NCBI GenBank assembly: GCA_044226625.1
Contig: JBGAGQ010000020.1
Span: 31,899-95,898 of the forward strand
Source: Thermoanaerobaculia bacterium
GTDB lineage: Bacteria; Acidobacteriota; Thermoanaerobaculia; Multivoradales; UBA5704
DNA: 64,000 bases
Direction of reading: 5' to 3'
A model generated the notes under the pieces. It searched no databases and was not told where the DNA came from. It saw nothing but the letters and a program-made list of their open reading frames with translations. The position numbers were made by a program, and so were the translations under genes. Positions within the stretch are counted from its first letter, which is position 1, and every line of letters starts with the position of its first letter. Below are positions 48,691 through 60,480 of this stretch, in pieces.

Positions 48691-49727
48691 TCCCTTCCGG
48701 CGTGTTCCCGCACTGGTCATCCAACGGGTTCCCCCATGTGGACGATCCGCTTTGGCTGCTCGTTCTGCTGCTGGTCCCCTGGCTCGCGTGGCGGCACCAT
48801 CGCCGGCCTTCGTTCGGCGCCCTGCGCACGAGCCGGATCGTCGGTTCGGCCGGCCTCGGCGGCGCGTGGCGTCTCCATCTGCCGTTCTACGCCCGCCTGC
48901 TCGCGCTCGCGGCCATGGTTGCGGCGCTCGCACGGCCACAGCTGGGCTATGCGATCGAAGAGAGCCGAACCGAAGGGATCGACATCGAGATCGCGCTCGA
49001 CATTTCGGGCAGCATGGCGGCCGAGGATTACCAGCCGAAGAATCGGCTCGAGGTCGCCAAGACCGTGGTCGACGACTTCATCGACCGGCGTCCGGCCGAC
49101 CGGATCGGACTGGTCACGTTCTCGGGCAAGGCGCTCGCCCGGGCGCCGCTCACCACCGACCGCGACATGCTCCGCCGCGTGCTCGGCTTGGTCGATTTCA
49201 ACGACACGCCGGATGGGACGGCGATCGGCGTCGCGTTGGCCAACGCCGCCGCTCGCCTCCAACGCAGCCCCGCCAAGACGCGGGTCATCATCCTGGTCAC
49301 GGACGGGGCGAACAACGCGGGGGAGATCGACCCCGCCTCGGCGGCCGCGGTCTGCACCGGCCTCGGCATCAAGGTCTATACGGTGGGGGTCGGTACGGCG
49401 AACGGAGGGCCGGTCCAGGTTCCGTTCCCCGTCATCAACCCTCTCACCGGCCAGCGGATCGTGCGGCACGTGACGATGTCGCTCCCGGTGGACGAGGCCC
49501 TGCTCGGAGCGATCGCGAAACGCACCGGAGGCCGTTACTGGAAAGCGACCGACGCCGAGACCCTGCGCCGTATCCTCGGCGAGATCGACCGTCTGGAGAA
49601 GACGCCGCTCCAAGTGAAGCGCTACGTCCGCTATCGCGAGGCGAGCCAGCCGCTCCTCTGGGCTTCCCTCGGACTCTTGCTGCTGCCGCTCGCCACCGCG
49701 GGCGCCCGCGTGACCGCCGAGCCATGA
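48687..49727 (+). CDS. batA: BatA-like VWA-domain membrane protein
   Basis: ALARPQ, MIDAS DISGSM, GTAIG, LVTDGANN. Confidence 0.9.
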   Translation: MIPSGVFPHWSSNGFPHVDDPLWLLVLLLVPWLAWRHHRRPSFGALRTSRIVGSAGLGGAWRLHLPFYARLLALAAMVAALARPQLGYAIEESRTEGIDIEIALDISGSMAAEDYQPKNRLEVAKTVVDDFIDRRPADRIGLVTFSGKALARAPLTTDRDMLRRVLGLVDFNDTPDGTAIGVALANAAARLQRSPAKTRVIILVTDGANNAGEIDPASAAAVCTGLGIKVYTVGVGTANGGPVQVPFPVINPLTGQRIVRHVTMSLPVDEALLGAIAKRTGGRYWKATDAETLRRILGEIDRLEKTPLQVKRYVRYREASQPLLWASLGLLLLPLATAGARVTAEP

Positions 49728-50758
49728 GCTTCGCCGAGCCCACCTGGATCGCCCTCGCGGCGCTCGCCCCCATCGCGGGACTCCTCGTCCTGTGGCTCTG
49801 GCGCCGCCGCCTCTCCGCGGACGCCGCGTGGTCCGCGCCGGCCCTTTGGCCGCGCCTCGGCCGCGTCGCCTCTCGACGCCGCATCCTCGCCACGGCCCTC
49901 GCCCTCGCGCTCGCCGTGTTGGGTTTGACGCTCGCGCTCGCGCGGCCGCGCTGGGGATCGACGACCCGCGAGGTCGAGCGGCGCGGCGTCGACGTCGTCT
50001 TCGTGCTCGATTCGTCCCTCTCGATGGCGGCGTTCGACGTCGCGCCCAGCCGGCTGGAGACCGCGAAGATCCTCCTCCGCCGGCTCGCGGCCGCCATGCC
50101 CGAGAACCGCCTCGGCCTGGTCCAGACGGAAGGAGAAGGGCTCGCGCTCTCTCCGCTGACGCTCGACGCCGCGGCGATCGACCTGATGCTGGACGCGGTC
50201 GAGCCCGGTTCGCTTTCGATCCCCGGCACCGCGCTGGAGACCGGGCTCTCCCGGGCGATGGGCCTATTTCCCGAGGGGAGCGAGCGACACCGCGCGGTCG
50301 TCCTCCTCTCCGACGGTGAAGACCATGGCGGCGAGCTGGAACGGGAGATCGATCGGCTCAAGAAAGCGGGCATCGTCCTCTCTGCGATCGGCATCGGAAC
50401 GGAGGCGGGGGGGCCCCTCAAGATGCCCGCCTTCGACGGCGAGGAAGGAGACCCCGACGGTTACAAGCGCGACCGCGACGGCCAGGTAGTGATCAGTCGC
50501 CTTCACGAGGAACCCCTCGAAAAGCTCGCTCGGGCGACCGGCGGCGTCTACTTGAGGGCCTCCAACGCGGGGCTCGATCCCGAGCCGATCGCGCGACGGA
50601 TCGGCCAGATCTCCGGCCGCTCTCTGGCCCGGGATCGTTTCGAGGCGCTCGAGGAGCGCTTCCAGTGGCCGCTCGCGCTCGCGGCCCTCGCCCTGCTCGC
50701 ACATCTTTCGATCCGCCCCTTCGCGGCCGACGGCAAGCCGGCGGGAGGGACGAGGTGA
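49724..50758 (+). CDS. batB: BatB-like VWA-domain membrane protein
   Basis: ALARPRWG, DSSLSM..DVAPSRL, LSDGEDH, ERFQWPL. Confidence 0.9.
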   Translation: MSFAEPTWIALAALAPIAGLLVLWLWRRRLSADAAWSAPALWPRLGRVASRRRILATALALALAVLGLTLALARPRWGSTTREVERRGVDVVFVLDSSLSMAAFDVAPSRLETAKILLRRLAAAMPENRLGLVQTEGEGLALSPLTLDAAAIDLMLDAVEPGSLSIPGTALETGLSRAMGLFPEGSERHRAVVLLSDGEDHGGELEREIDRLKKAGIVLSAIGIGTEAGGPLKMPAFDGEEGDPDGYKRDRDGQVVISRLHEEPLEKLARATGGVYLRASNAGLDPEPIARRIGQISGRSLARDRFEALEERFQWPLALAALALLAHLSIRPFAADGKPAGGTR

Positions 50759-51654
50759 AAGCCTCCGCCCTGCTGATTTCGTCGGTGCTCGGTCTCACCG
50801 CGCCCTTCTCGCTGCCGTTCGGCCTTCACCTTCCCCTGTGGGCCGAGCGGATCCTCTGGAATCCGCGCGAGCGGACCGAACGAGCGCTCTCGGAGCTCCG
50901 ATCGGCCGGTGACGCCCGCGGGAAGGACAGCCGAGATCCCGCCGTCGAGAAGGCGCGTCGGAAAGCGGCGGCCAACGCGCTCGCGGCCGCGGAGGTGGCG
51001 GAACGCCTGGCTCCCGCGGACCCGACGGTTCAGTACGATGCCGGGACGATGCGGCTCCTGGCCGGCAAGAACCGAGAGGCGATCCCCGCGCTGGAGCGCG
51101 CCGCTCGAACCGCCCCCAAGACGCTCGCGGCGGATGCGCACTTCAATCTCGGGACCGGGAAGCTCGTTGCGGGCGACGCGGCCGGTGCCGTCTCGGCGCT
51201 CGAACAAGCGCTCCGCTTGGACCCCGGCCACGCCGCGGCGAAGCACAACTTGGAGCTGGCGTTGATCGAGCGCAAAAAGGAGCGCCTGCGGGCAAAGAAG
51301 CCGGAGGAAGGACCGCGCGGAGATCAGGGCGGCGGTCGCGACACCGGACCGCGATCCGGAGGAGACGGCTCGCCGTCGAACGGCAAGCCGAACGAGAAAC
51401 CGAACGATCAGGGAGCCCCTCCCCAGCCGAAGGGCGGAGGCGAGAGCTCTCCGCAGCCGGGTCCTCGGCCGAAGACGCAGGGAACGGGAGACGATCCGCT
51501 CGATCGATTTCGCGAGCAGCCCGACATGAACGCTCGCGAGGCCGCCGCGATCCTCCGCTCGGTCGAACGGCTGGAGCGCGAGCAGCGGCGGCTCGCCGCC
51601 GAGCAGCGGGCGCGGGCCACCTCGGAGCAGGACGTGGATTGGCAGGACTGGTGA
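50755..51654 (+). CDS. batC: BatC-like TPR protein
   Basis: AHFNLG...ALRLDP...AKHNLELA, low-complexity linker, C-terminal DW. Confidence 0.85.
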   Translation: MKASALLISSVLGLTAPFSLPFGLHLPLWAERILWNPRERTERALSELRSAGDARGKDSRDPAVEKARRKAAANALAAAEVAERLAPADPTVQYDAGTMRLLAGKNREAIPALERAARTAPKTLAADAHFNLGTGKLVAGDAAGAVSALEQALRLDPGHAAAKHNLELALIERKKERLRAKKPEEGPRGDQGGGRDTGPRSGGDGSPSNGKPNEKPNDQGAPPQPKGGGESSPQPGPRPKTQGTGDDPLDRFREQPDMNAREAAAILRSVERLEREQRRLAAEQRARATSEQDVDWQDW

Positions 51655-53672
51655 CGACGACGATGACGAGGATGTCCGACGCCGCGCGGCTCTGCCTCCT
51701 TCTCGCCCTCGTGCCCTACGGGCTCGTCGCGAGCCCCGCGAAGGCCGCGAACCAGATCACGCTCGACGTCCATCTCGCTCCGGAACGGATCGGCCTCGGG
51801 GAGACGGCCACGTTTTCGATCGAGGCGAGGACCGGCCTCGCCCGGGTCGATCTGCGGCCCAGCTTCGGCCTGGAGAACCTGGAGATCGTCGCGGGGCCGT
51901 CGCGCGTCGAGGAGATGACGCTCGAAAACGGTCTCTTCAGCCGAACCGTCCGCCTGATCTGGCGAGTTCGCCCGCTCGGGCTCGGTCCGGCTCGCGTATC
52001 GGCGATCCGGATCGGCATGGGCGGCCGGATGGTCGGCATTCCGCCGCAGACGATCCAGGTCCAACAGGAACCGACCGGCGGCGAGCCCCTGCCCGATCCG
52101 AACGACTCGCCGTCCGGCGAAGACGATCCGTTCGACCGGCTGCTCGGATCGATGATGCCCTGGCGGCGCCCCGTGGCGCCCCCGGCGAACAACGAAGCCC
52201 CCCTGGCCTTCCTGCGCTCCGAAGTATCGACCGATCGTCCCTTCGTCAACCAGCAGGTCGTCTACACGATCTATCTCTACTCGCGCGTCGAGCTCGCGGG
52301 GGTGAATCCGGTCACCACGCCCGAGCTGCGCGGCTTCTGGGCTCGCGAGGTGCCGTTGCCGGATCGCCTGCCCACGGAGATCGTGACCCTCGGCGACTTA
52401 CGATACGGGCGGGTGCCGCTCCTGTCGCGCGTCCTCTTTCCCCTGCGCGCCGGACCGCACCTCCTGGAGCCGGTCCGCTTCCAGGTCGCCACGACCCAGG
52501 TCGAGAGAAGTTTCTTCTCGCCCCCGTTCGCGCACCCCGTGACGGCCGAGCTCGCCTCCCCCCCGGTCCAGGTCGACGTGCGCCCCTTGCCCGAAGGGCC
52601 CGCGGGATACCAGGGTGTGGTGGGGCCCCTTGCGGTCGCGGCCTCGCTCGAACCGAAGATCCTCCGCGTCGGCGAAGCCGCGACGCTGAAGGTCCGTTGG
52701 TCAGGTAACGGAAACCTGGAGGGCGTCGCCGCCCCGACGCTCTCCCTGCCCGAGGGTCTTCGCGCGTTTCCGCCGCGAGACTCCGGCAGCGGACGGCAGG
52801 CCCGCTCGAACCTCAAGTCCGAGCGCACTTGGGCCTACCTGATCCTTGCCGACCGACCGGGGGTGTATTCGGTCGCCCCACCCGAGGTGACCTATTTCGA
52901 TCCGGCCAGCGCCTCGTTCCGCCGCGCGGAGGCGAAGCCGCTGACGCTCGAAGCGCGGAACCCCGAGCCCCCTTCCGCGGCGATGGCGCGAAGCGGAGGA
53001 CCGGCGCTGCGAGAAGGCTCGGGATTCACGCTTCCCGGAGCCCCGACGGCGAAAAGCCGCCCGGCGCTTCTCGCGGGCCGGCGCCCCCTCGTCTGGCTTG
53101 GCTCGATCGCCGCCTTCCTCGGGCTCGGGTCGTTTTTCCTCTGGAGGATGCGCTCCCCTCTCCCCGAGGACGAAGCCCTTCGACAGTTCGAGGAGGAGCT
53201 GGCCGCCGCACGCTCGGAGGAGCGGCCACGCCGGGCGGCGGCCGCCATCGAATCGGCGTGGAGCCATCTGCTCTGCGCGCGCGGTCTGGCCGAGACGCCC
53301 ACGAGAGCGTCCCTCGAAGCGTCGGCCGAACGCCTTCCGACCGACCTCGTGGCCTCGCTATCCCGCGTCGCCGACGACCTTCATTTCCTCCGCTCGGCGC
53401 CCCAGCTGTCGAACGCCGAGGCGCTGCGGGACGAGATCCTGGGGCGCTCGTTGCGGCTCGCCGAGGAGCTGTCACGGCCGCGCGGTCATCTGCTATCTTC
53501 TCTACTCAAACAACTTGGTTTTCGAGCCGCCCGAGGATCCGCCTCCCGACCATGGCCGCGCCCTCCCCAGCTAGCGATTCACGCCGGCCCTCCTGGCCCC
53601 TCCGGCCTCTCCAGAGAGTCGGCGCGTGACCCCTCGGCGGGAAGCGAGTCTGCGCGGCGCGGTATGCCATAG
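51651..53672 (+). CDS. batD: BatD family protein
   Basis: Signal peptide, repeated Ig-like BatD domains (GNGNL, YFDP), TM helix. Confidence 0.85.
   Translation: MTTTMTRMSDAARLCLLLALVPYGLVASPAKAANQITLDVHLAPERIGLGETATFSIEARTGLARVDLRPSFGLENLEIVAGPSRVEEMTLENGLFSRTVRLIWRVRPLGLGPARVSAIRIGMGGRMVGIPPQTIQVQQEPTGGEPLPDPNDSPSGEDDPFDRLLGSMMPWRRPVAPPANNEAPLAFLRSEVSTDRPFVNQQVVYTIYLYSRVELAGVNPVTTPELRGFWAREVPLPDRLPTEIVTLGDLRYGRVPLLSRVLFPLRAGPHLLEPVRFQVATTQVERSFFSPPFAHPVTAELASPPVQVDVRPLPEGPAGYQGVVGPLAVAASLEPKILRVGEAATLKVRWSGNGNLEGVAAPTLSLPEGLRAFPPRDSGSGRQARSNLKSERTWAYLILADRPGVYSVAPPEVTYFDPASASFRRAEAKPLTLEARNPEPPSAAMARSGGPALREGSGFTLPGAPTAKSRPALLAGRRPLVWLGSIAAFLGLGSFFLWRMRSPLPEDEALRQFEEELAAARSEERPRRAAAAIESAWSHLLCARGLAETPTRASLEASAERLPTDLVASLSRVADDLHFLRSAPQLSNAEALRDEILGRSLRLAEELSRPRGHLLSSLLKQLGFRAARGSASRPWPRPPQLAIHAGPPGPSGLSRESARDPSAGSESARRGMP
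53491..53499 (+). promoter_or_regulatory. Extended -10 element, probable promoter of the GGDEF gene, inside the batD 3' tail
   Basis: TGcTATCTT followed by AT-rich sequence. Confidence 0.4.
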
Positions 53673-54798
53673 CCTCGAGCCGTTTCAGCTCGAGCGGTTC
53701 CTGGAGCGCCGACGCGCGGGGCGGCATTTTCCCCTCGAGCTGTCCCTGGTGGAAAACCTGGCGGAGATCCTGCGGCGTGCGAACGGCTTCGTGCCCTCCG
53801 AATCGGGCTCGATCCTGCTGGACGACCCGTCGGCCAAGAAGAGCGACCGCCAGAGCAATGAGCTGACCTTCATCGTCGCCTTCGGAGAGAAGTCGGAGCT
53901 GTTGGTCGGCCGCGCAATCCCGGCGAGCTCGAGCATCGCCGGGCACGTCTACCTCGCCGGAGAGGTCTACACGACCGCCGAGGCGTCGGCTGACCCCTTC
54001 TTCTTCCGCGACGTCGACGACGACACGAAGTATCAGACTCAATCGCTGATCGCCGTGCCGATCCGAATCGAACATGAGGTCTGCGGCGTCCTGGAGCTGA
54101 TCAATCGAAGGAACCGCTCCGGCTTCTCGGATCAGGACAAGAACCTCCTCGAGGTGTTCGCCGGCTACATCTCGATCTCGATCCAGAACGTGCTCGACGG
54201 CCGCCAGGCCCAGGAGATCGCCAAGCGCGACAACCTGACCGGCCTGTTCAACGACCGCTATCTGCACGTCGCGATCGCCGACCAGGTACGGCTTTGCCAG
54301 GAGTCGGACACCGATCTCGCGACGCTGTTCCTGGACCTCGATTTCTTCAAGCGGGTGAACGATTCCCACGGGCATCTCGCGGGCAGCCAGGTCTTGCGGG
54401 AGGTGGGGCGGATCTTGCGCCGGCGCACCAGCGCGGTCGGAGGGGTCGCGGCGCGATACGGCGGGGACGAGTTCGTGCTCATCCTGCCGGGCCAGGACCT
54501 CTCCTCGGCGATCGACGTGGCGGAAGAGGTGCGGGCGGAGATCCTCTCCACGACCTTCTGCGACGAGCCGGGCGAAATCCAACAGGAGCCGCTCCATCTG
54601 CGGGGTCTCACCTGCTCGGTGGGCGTCGCGACCATCCGGGCGCACGTACCCGAAGAGCTGTCGTTCGAGGATGCGAAGAGCACGCTGCTGCGCCTCGCCG
54701 ACACGGCCATGTACGTGGCCAAAGAGACGGGAAGGAACCGCACGGCGGTGGCCGGCCAACCGATCCGCCGGCGGCCGATGCAACCGACGACGATCTGA
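53626..54798 (+). CDS. GAF-GGDEF diguanylate cyclase
   Basis: GAF domain (IAGHVY, TQSLIAVPI, GVLELIN), DNLTGLFN, DLDFFKRVND, RYGGDEF. Start uncertain. Confidence 0.92.
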   Translation: MTPRREASLRGAVCHSLEPFQLERFLERRRAGRHFPLELSLVENLAEILRRANGFVPSESGSILLDDPSAKKSDRQSNELTFIVAFGEKSELLVGRAIPASSSIAGHVYLAGEVYTTAEASADPFFFRDVDDDTKYQTQSLIAVPIRIEHEVCGVLELINRRNRSGFSDQDKNLLEVFAGYISISIQNVLDGRQAQEIAKRDNLTGLFNDRYLHVAIADQVRLCQESDTDLATLFLDLDFFKRVNDSHGHLAGSQVLREVGRILRRRTSAVGGVAARYGGDEFVLILPGQDLSSAIDVAEEVRAEILSTTFCDEPGEIQQEPLHLRGLTCSVGVATIRAHVPEELSFEDAKSTLLRLADTAMYVAKETGRNRTAVAGQPIRRRPMQPTTI

Positions 54799-54809
54799 AG
54801 AAGATCCCG

Positions 54810-54838
54810 TTGACTTCCGCGAACCCCTCGCGTACGAT
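54810..54838 (+). promoter_or_regulatory. Sigma70 stable-RNA promoter
   Basis: TTGACT-N17-TACGAT followed by the GC-rich discriminator CCCGCCC. Confidence 0.75.
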
Positions 54839-54854
54839 CCCGCCCCTCGAAGGA

Positions 54855-54930
54855 GGGAGGTTAGCTCAGGGGTTAGAGCACCTGCCTTACAAGCAGGGGG
54901 TCGCGGGTTCAAATCCCTCACCTCCCACCA
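54855..54930 (+). tRNA. tRNA-Val(TAC)
   Basis: Acceptor GGGAGGT/ACCTCCC, anticodon arm CCTGC-CTTACAA-GCAGG, TTCAAAT loop, encoded CCA. Confidence 0.95.
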
Positions 54931-54966
54931 AGGCGGACTCCTTGAGGTTCAGCTTCGAGATCACGC

Positions 54967-55043
54967 GGGGTCGTAGTTCAGTCGGTTAGAACGCCGGCCT
55001 GTCACGCCGGAGGTCGCGGGTTCGAGTCCCGTCGGCCCCGCCA
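54967..55043 (+). tRNA. tRNA-Asp(GTC)
   Basis: Acceptor GGGGTCG/CGGCCCC, anticodon arm CCGGC-CTGTCAC-GCCGG, TTCGAGT loop, encoded CCA. Confidence 0.96.
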
Positions 55044-55120
55044 ATCGAATATCACGATCCTTCGAGCCGCCTCCCCGCAGCGGCTCGAGCGGTCCAGCTC
55101 TTCCGGAGGCGCTCAGAGCG

Positions 55121-55276
55121 ATGCGCGACAAGATCAAGTTGGTTTCCTCCGCCGGTACCGGCGTCTTCTATACGACGACCAAGAACAAGAAGCTCTCGAC
55201 CGAGAAGCTGCGGCTCAAGAAGTACGATCCGAAGATCCGCAAGCACGTCGAGTTCGTCGAAGAGAAGATGCGCTAG
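55121..55276 (+). CDS. rpmG: 50S ribosomal protein L33 (Cys-free, Zn-independent form)
   Basis: Hand translation [59 protein letters not shown]. Absent from the ORF track (51 aa). Confidence 0.95.
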   Translation: MRDKIKLVSSAGTGVFYTTTKNKKLSTEKLRLKKYDPKIRKHVEFVEEKMR

Positions 55277-55301
55277 ACGGCGAAATCCGAAGAGCTTGTC
55301 G

Positions 55302-55347
55302 CGCCCCGGTGCGCCCTTGGAATTCTCCTCGGGCACCGGGGCGTTTT
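55302..55347 (+). terminator. Rho-independent terminator after rpmG
   Basis: CGCCCCGGTGC/GCACCGGGGCG stem followed by TTTT. Confidence 0.7.
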
Positions 55348-55421
55348 CGTGTCGAAGGGCTTTGGGCTCCTCGGCCCTTCGCGCGGTTCTCGAATCGAAT
55401 AACCTCAAAAGGAGACTTCCC

Positions 55422-56030
55422 GTGCACACGGTACCGTCGCTCGCCTATGCCTTCGACGCGCTCGAGCCCCATATCGACGCGCGCACCATGGAGATCCACC
55501 ACGACAAGCATCACGCGGCCTACGTGGCGAAGCTGAACGGCGCCCTCGAGGGGCAGTCGGACCTCGCCGCCAAGCCGCTCGAAGAACTTCTCCGCGGAAT
55601 CGATTCGATCCCCGAGAGCATCCGCACGGTGGTGAGAAACCACGGCGGCGGCCACGCGAACCACACCCTGTTCTGGGAGGTGATGGCACCCAACGCCGGC
55701 GGCGTGCCCTCCGGGAAGTTGGCAGAGGCGATCGACCGGGATTTCGGAAGCTTTGCCGCCTTCCAAGAGAAGCTGACGAACGCCGCGGCGAACCAATTCG
55801 GCTCCGGATGGGGCTGGCTCGTGGCCTCGGGCGGCAAGCTGGAAGTGCTGGCGCGCCCGAATCAAGACAGTCCGCTCATGGAAGGCAAGACGCCGATCCT
55901 CGGCGTGGACGTTTGGGAGCACGCCTACTACCTCAAGTATCAGAACCGGCGCCCCGACTACCTGGCGGCCTGGTGGAACGTCGTCAACTGGCCCGCCGTC
56001 GCCGCAAAGTTCGCGGCCGCCCACGCCTGA
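55422..56030 (+). CDS. sodA: Superoxide dismutase, Mn-type signature
   Basis: [39 protein letters not shown] at 55422 with AAGGAG RBS. Confidence 0.96.
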   Translation: MHTVPSLAYAFDALEPHIDARTMEIHHDKHHAAYVAKLNGALEGQSDLAAKPLEELLRGIDSIPESIRTVVRNHGGGHANHTLFWEVMAPNAGGVPSGKLAEAIDRDFGSFAAFQEKLTNAAANQFGSGWGWLVASGGKLEVLARPNQDSPLMEGKTPILGVDVWEHAYYLKYQNRRPDYLAAWWNVVNWPAVAAKFAAAHA

Positions 56031-56044
56031 AGCTCGGTTCGACC

Positions 56045-56078
56045 CGGGGCTCCCCGTTCCTCCTGGAGCCCCGTTTTT
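56045..56078 (+). terminator. Rho-independent terminator after sodA
   Basis: CGGGGCTCC/GGAGCCCCG stem followed by TTTTT. Confidence 0.8.
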
Positions 56079-56267
56079 CTCCCAATCCACCTCGCCAACG
56101 TGGACTGAACTTCTAGTTATAGAGAAGTTTGCACCTTTATGCCCATCCTGAGGGCGGCACCATCCCTCTTGTTGAGCGCAACTCCAAGTCAGATTCAAGC
56201 CAACCTCTCTACACTTCCGGTAACAACGGGAGGCACGGAACCGTGCTCCAACCAAGGGAGACTGGCG

Positions 56268-56591
56268 ATGGCGATCATTGACCGCAGCGTGAGTTTCGGG
56301 CGTGAGGAACGACATCTCACCAAGGTGTTCAAGGCGCTCTCGGACGGAACTCGCCAAGAGATCTTGCGCCTGCTGGAAACCAACCAGAGGACGGTGGGCG
56401 AGATCGTCGGCAATTTCAACCTCTCACAGCCCACCATCTCGCGGCATTTGTCGGTGCTCAAGGAAGCGGATCTCGTTTTAGATCAGCGGCACGGCCAGAA
56501 CGTCATTTACCGTCTGAACGACCAGATGCTCTCCACCTCGATGCGCGACTTCTTCGGCCAGTTCCGTAGCTGTCAGGAATCGTTGCGGTAG
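56268..56591 (+). CDS. ArsR/SmtB family transcriptional regulator
   Basis: VFKALSDGTRQEIL...LSQPTISRHLSVLKEADLV...IYRL. ATG at 56268 with AAGGGAG RBS. Confidence 0.92.
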   Translation: MAIIDRSVSFGREERHLTKVFKALSDGTRQEILRLLETNQRTVGEIVGNFNLSQPTISRHLSVLKEADLVLDQRHGQNVIYRLNDQMLSTSMRDFFGQFRSCQESLR

Positions 56592-56738
56592 AGTCGATTT
56601 CTGCAGATCGAAGGTCCCCGGGCCGGCGGACGTCTCCCCCAGCCCGGGGTTGAAGCGACCTTCTCGATTCCGCTTCGATTCGTCCGATTCGATCGACAAA
56701 CGGCTTCCGGGCGCCTGGCGATCGCCGGGGGGACTCGG

Positions 56739-56744
56739 TATAAT
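56739..56744 (+). promoter_or_regulatory. -10 element for the tRNA-Met/tilS unit
   Basis: Perfect TATAAT with GC-rich discriminator, 30 nt before the tRNA. Confidence 0.6.
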
Positions 56745-56774
56745 CCTCGGCCCCGGGGTTTTCCTCGGTCTTCC

Positions 56775-56851
56775 GGCGGTGTAGCTCAGTTGGTCAGAGC
56801 AAGCGGCTCATATCCGCTGTGTCAGGGGTTCAAGTCCCTTCACCGCCACCA
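56775..56851 (+). tRNA. tRNA-Met(CAT), elongator type
   Basis: Acceptor GGCGGTG/CACCGCC (G1-C72 paired, so not initiator), anticodon arm AGCGG-CTCATAT-CCGCT, encoded CCA. Confidence 0.92.
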
Positions 56852-56911
56852 TCCTCCTTTTGTCGCCTCCCGGCGTCTCGATCCGCTCGGATCGTGTCTC
56901 GGTACGCCGCG

Positions 56912-58437
56912 ATGAACCTCCCAGAGACCCTGAGGGATTTCTTCTCTCGACCGGCGTTCTCCGCGCCAGGCTCGTTCGTTGTCGCATTCTCGGGTGGCAC
57001 GGATTCGACCGCGCTGCTCGCCGGTCTCGTGGCGCTCCGGGCCGAAGTTCGGTCGCCGGTGACGGATCTCGTAGCGGCCCATCTCGATCACGGGAGCGAC
57101 CCCGAGTCCGAGGCGCGAGCCCGTCACGCCCGGGACCTCGCCCGGCGCCTGGAAGTGCCCTTCGTCGACGAGCGCCGCGAGATCTCGCGCCTCCGGGCCT
57201 GCGGGGAGAGCTGGGAGACCGCGGCGCGCCGGGTCCGGTACGCCTTCCTCGAAGAGGTCCGACGGAGGCGTCACGCGGCCTGGGTGGTCCTCGCGCATCA
57301 CCGCGACGACCAGGCCGAGACGGTGCTCCTCCGCTGGCTGCTCGGATCGGGCCTGCGCGGCCTCGCGGCGATGCGGCCGGCGAGCGGCACGAAGCTGCGT
57401 CCCCTCCTGACCCTGGCGAAGGCGGACCTGGCCGCCTATGTCCGCGAGCAAGGGCTGCTCCCCTCGGAAGACCCTTCGAACCGCGGATCCGAGTCGCTCC
57501 GCAACCGAATCCGCCACGCCCTGATCCCGGGCCTGGCCGCCGAGGAAGACCTCGCCGATCTGGCGCCGCGCCTCTGTCGCCTCGCGGAGAGGGCGCATCG
57601 AGCCTCGATCGCGGTCGATCGAAAGCTCCTGGAGATCTTCCCCGGCCTGGAGGAACGGCCGCCGGCTCTCGCGCGGGACGCCCTGTCGCGGCTGCCGAGC
57701 GAGCTCTTCGGGCCGGCGGTCGCGGCCCTTCACCGAGCGGCCGGCCTTCACCCTCCCCCTAGCCGCCGGGCGATGGGCGAGCTCCGGCGGCAGCTCGGCG
57801 TCGGGACGGACGAGGAGCGGGTCGCCTCTGTCGCCCCCCGCCACATCTGGCGGATCGAGGCGGAACGCGTGACGGTCGAACGCCTCCCCGAGCCCCCGTC
57901 GACCGAAACGTCTGAAAGTTCGGGTTTCTCGTATACTTTCTCGGCTCCGGGACGTATAGAGGTACCGGAGGCTCGCGTGACCCTGACCCTGAAGCGAAGC
58001 GAATTCGCTCCATGGATGCTCGAAGGGCACGCCGATCGGACCGCGCTCCGGCTCCCCGCGACGTATCCCGGCGCGATGGAGGTGAGAAGCCGCAAGCCGG
58101 GAGACCGGATGCACCCCCTGGGGGCTCCGGGATCCCGCAAATTGAAAGACGTCCTGATCGATCGTCGAGTCGACCGCGCTCGCCGCGATGCCCTGCCGCT
58201 CCTTTGCGTGGACGGCTCCATCGCCTGGGCACCGGGCGTTGCGATCGACGAACGCTTCCGTGTCCTCGGTACCGAAGGTCCGGTTTGGGTCGCAGAAATC
58301 GAACCATGGCTCGGCCCTTCGACACCGACGCCCTCGACCGGTGGTGTCGGCCCCCGCGGGAATCCTCGGGGCTCGCACGCCGTTACTTCGATGGAACGCG
58401 AGCCCCATCCAAGCTCGCACGATGAGGTAGCCGAACT

Positions 58438-58441
<4 letters not shown>
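56912..58441 (+). CDS. tilS: tRNA(Ile)-lysidine synthetase
   Basis: [10 protein letters not shown]-loop, [32 protein letters not shown]-terminal [11 protein letters not shown]. Confidence 0.95.
58359..58385 (+). promoter_or_regulatory. Putative ECF (SigR/SigH-like) promoter upstream of ftsH
   Basis: GGAAT-N18-GTT within the non-conserved tilS tail, ~55 nt before the ftsH start. Confidence 0.45.
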
Positions 58442-60381
<1,940 letters not shown>

Positions 60382-60480
60382 CCGCATCGAACGTTTCGGA
60401 TCGAACGGGCGGCGGAGCCTCGGCTCCGCCGTCCGCTCGTCAAACGGTACACTCTGGAGGCGAAGAACGCTCCTCCGCTC

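Noticed and set aside
56664-56697. CGATTC repeats, or the 1-216 repeats, as a CRISPR array
   Set aside because: Units are too short or inverted, lack regular unique spacers, and no cas genes are present.
54855-56851. tRNA-anchored genomic island
   Set aside because: No integrase and no duplicated tRNA 3' end seen. The genes between are mostly housekeeping.
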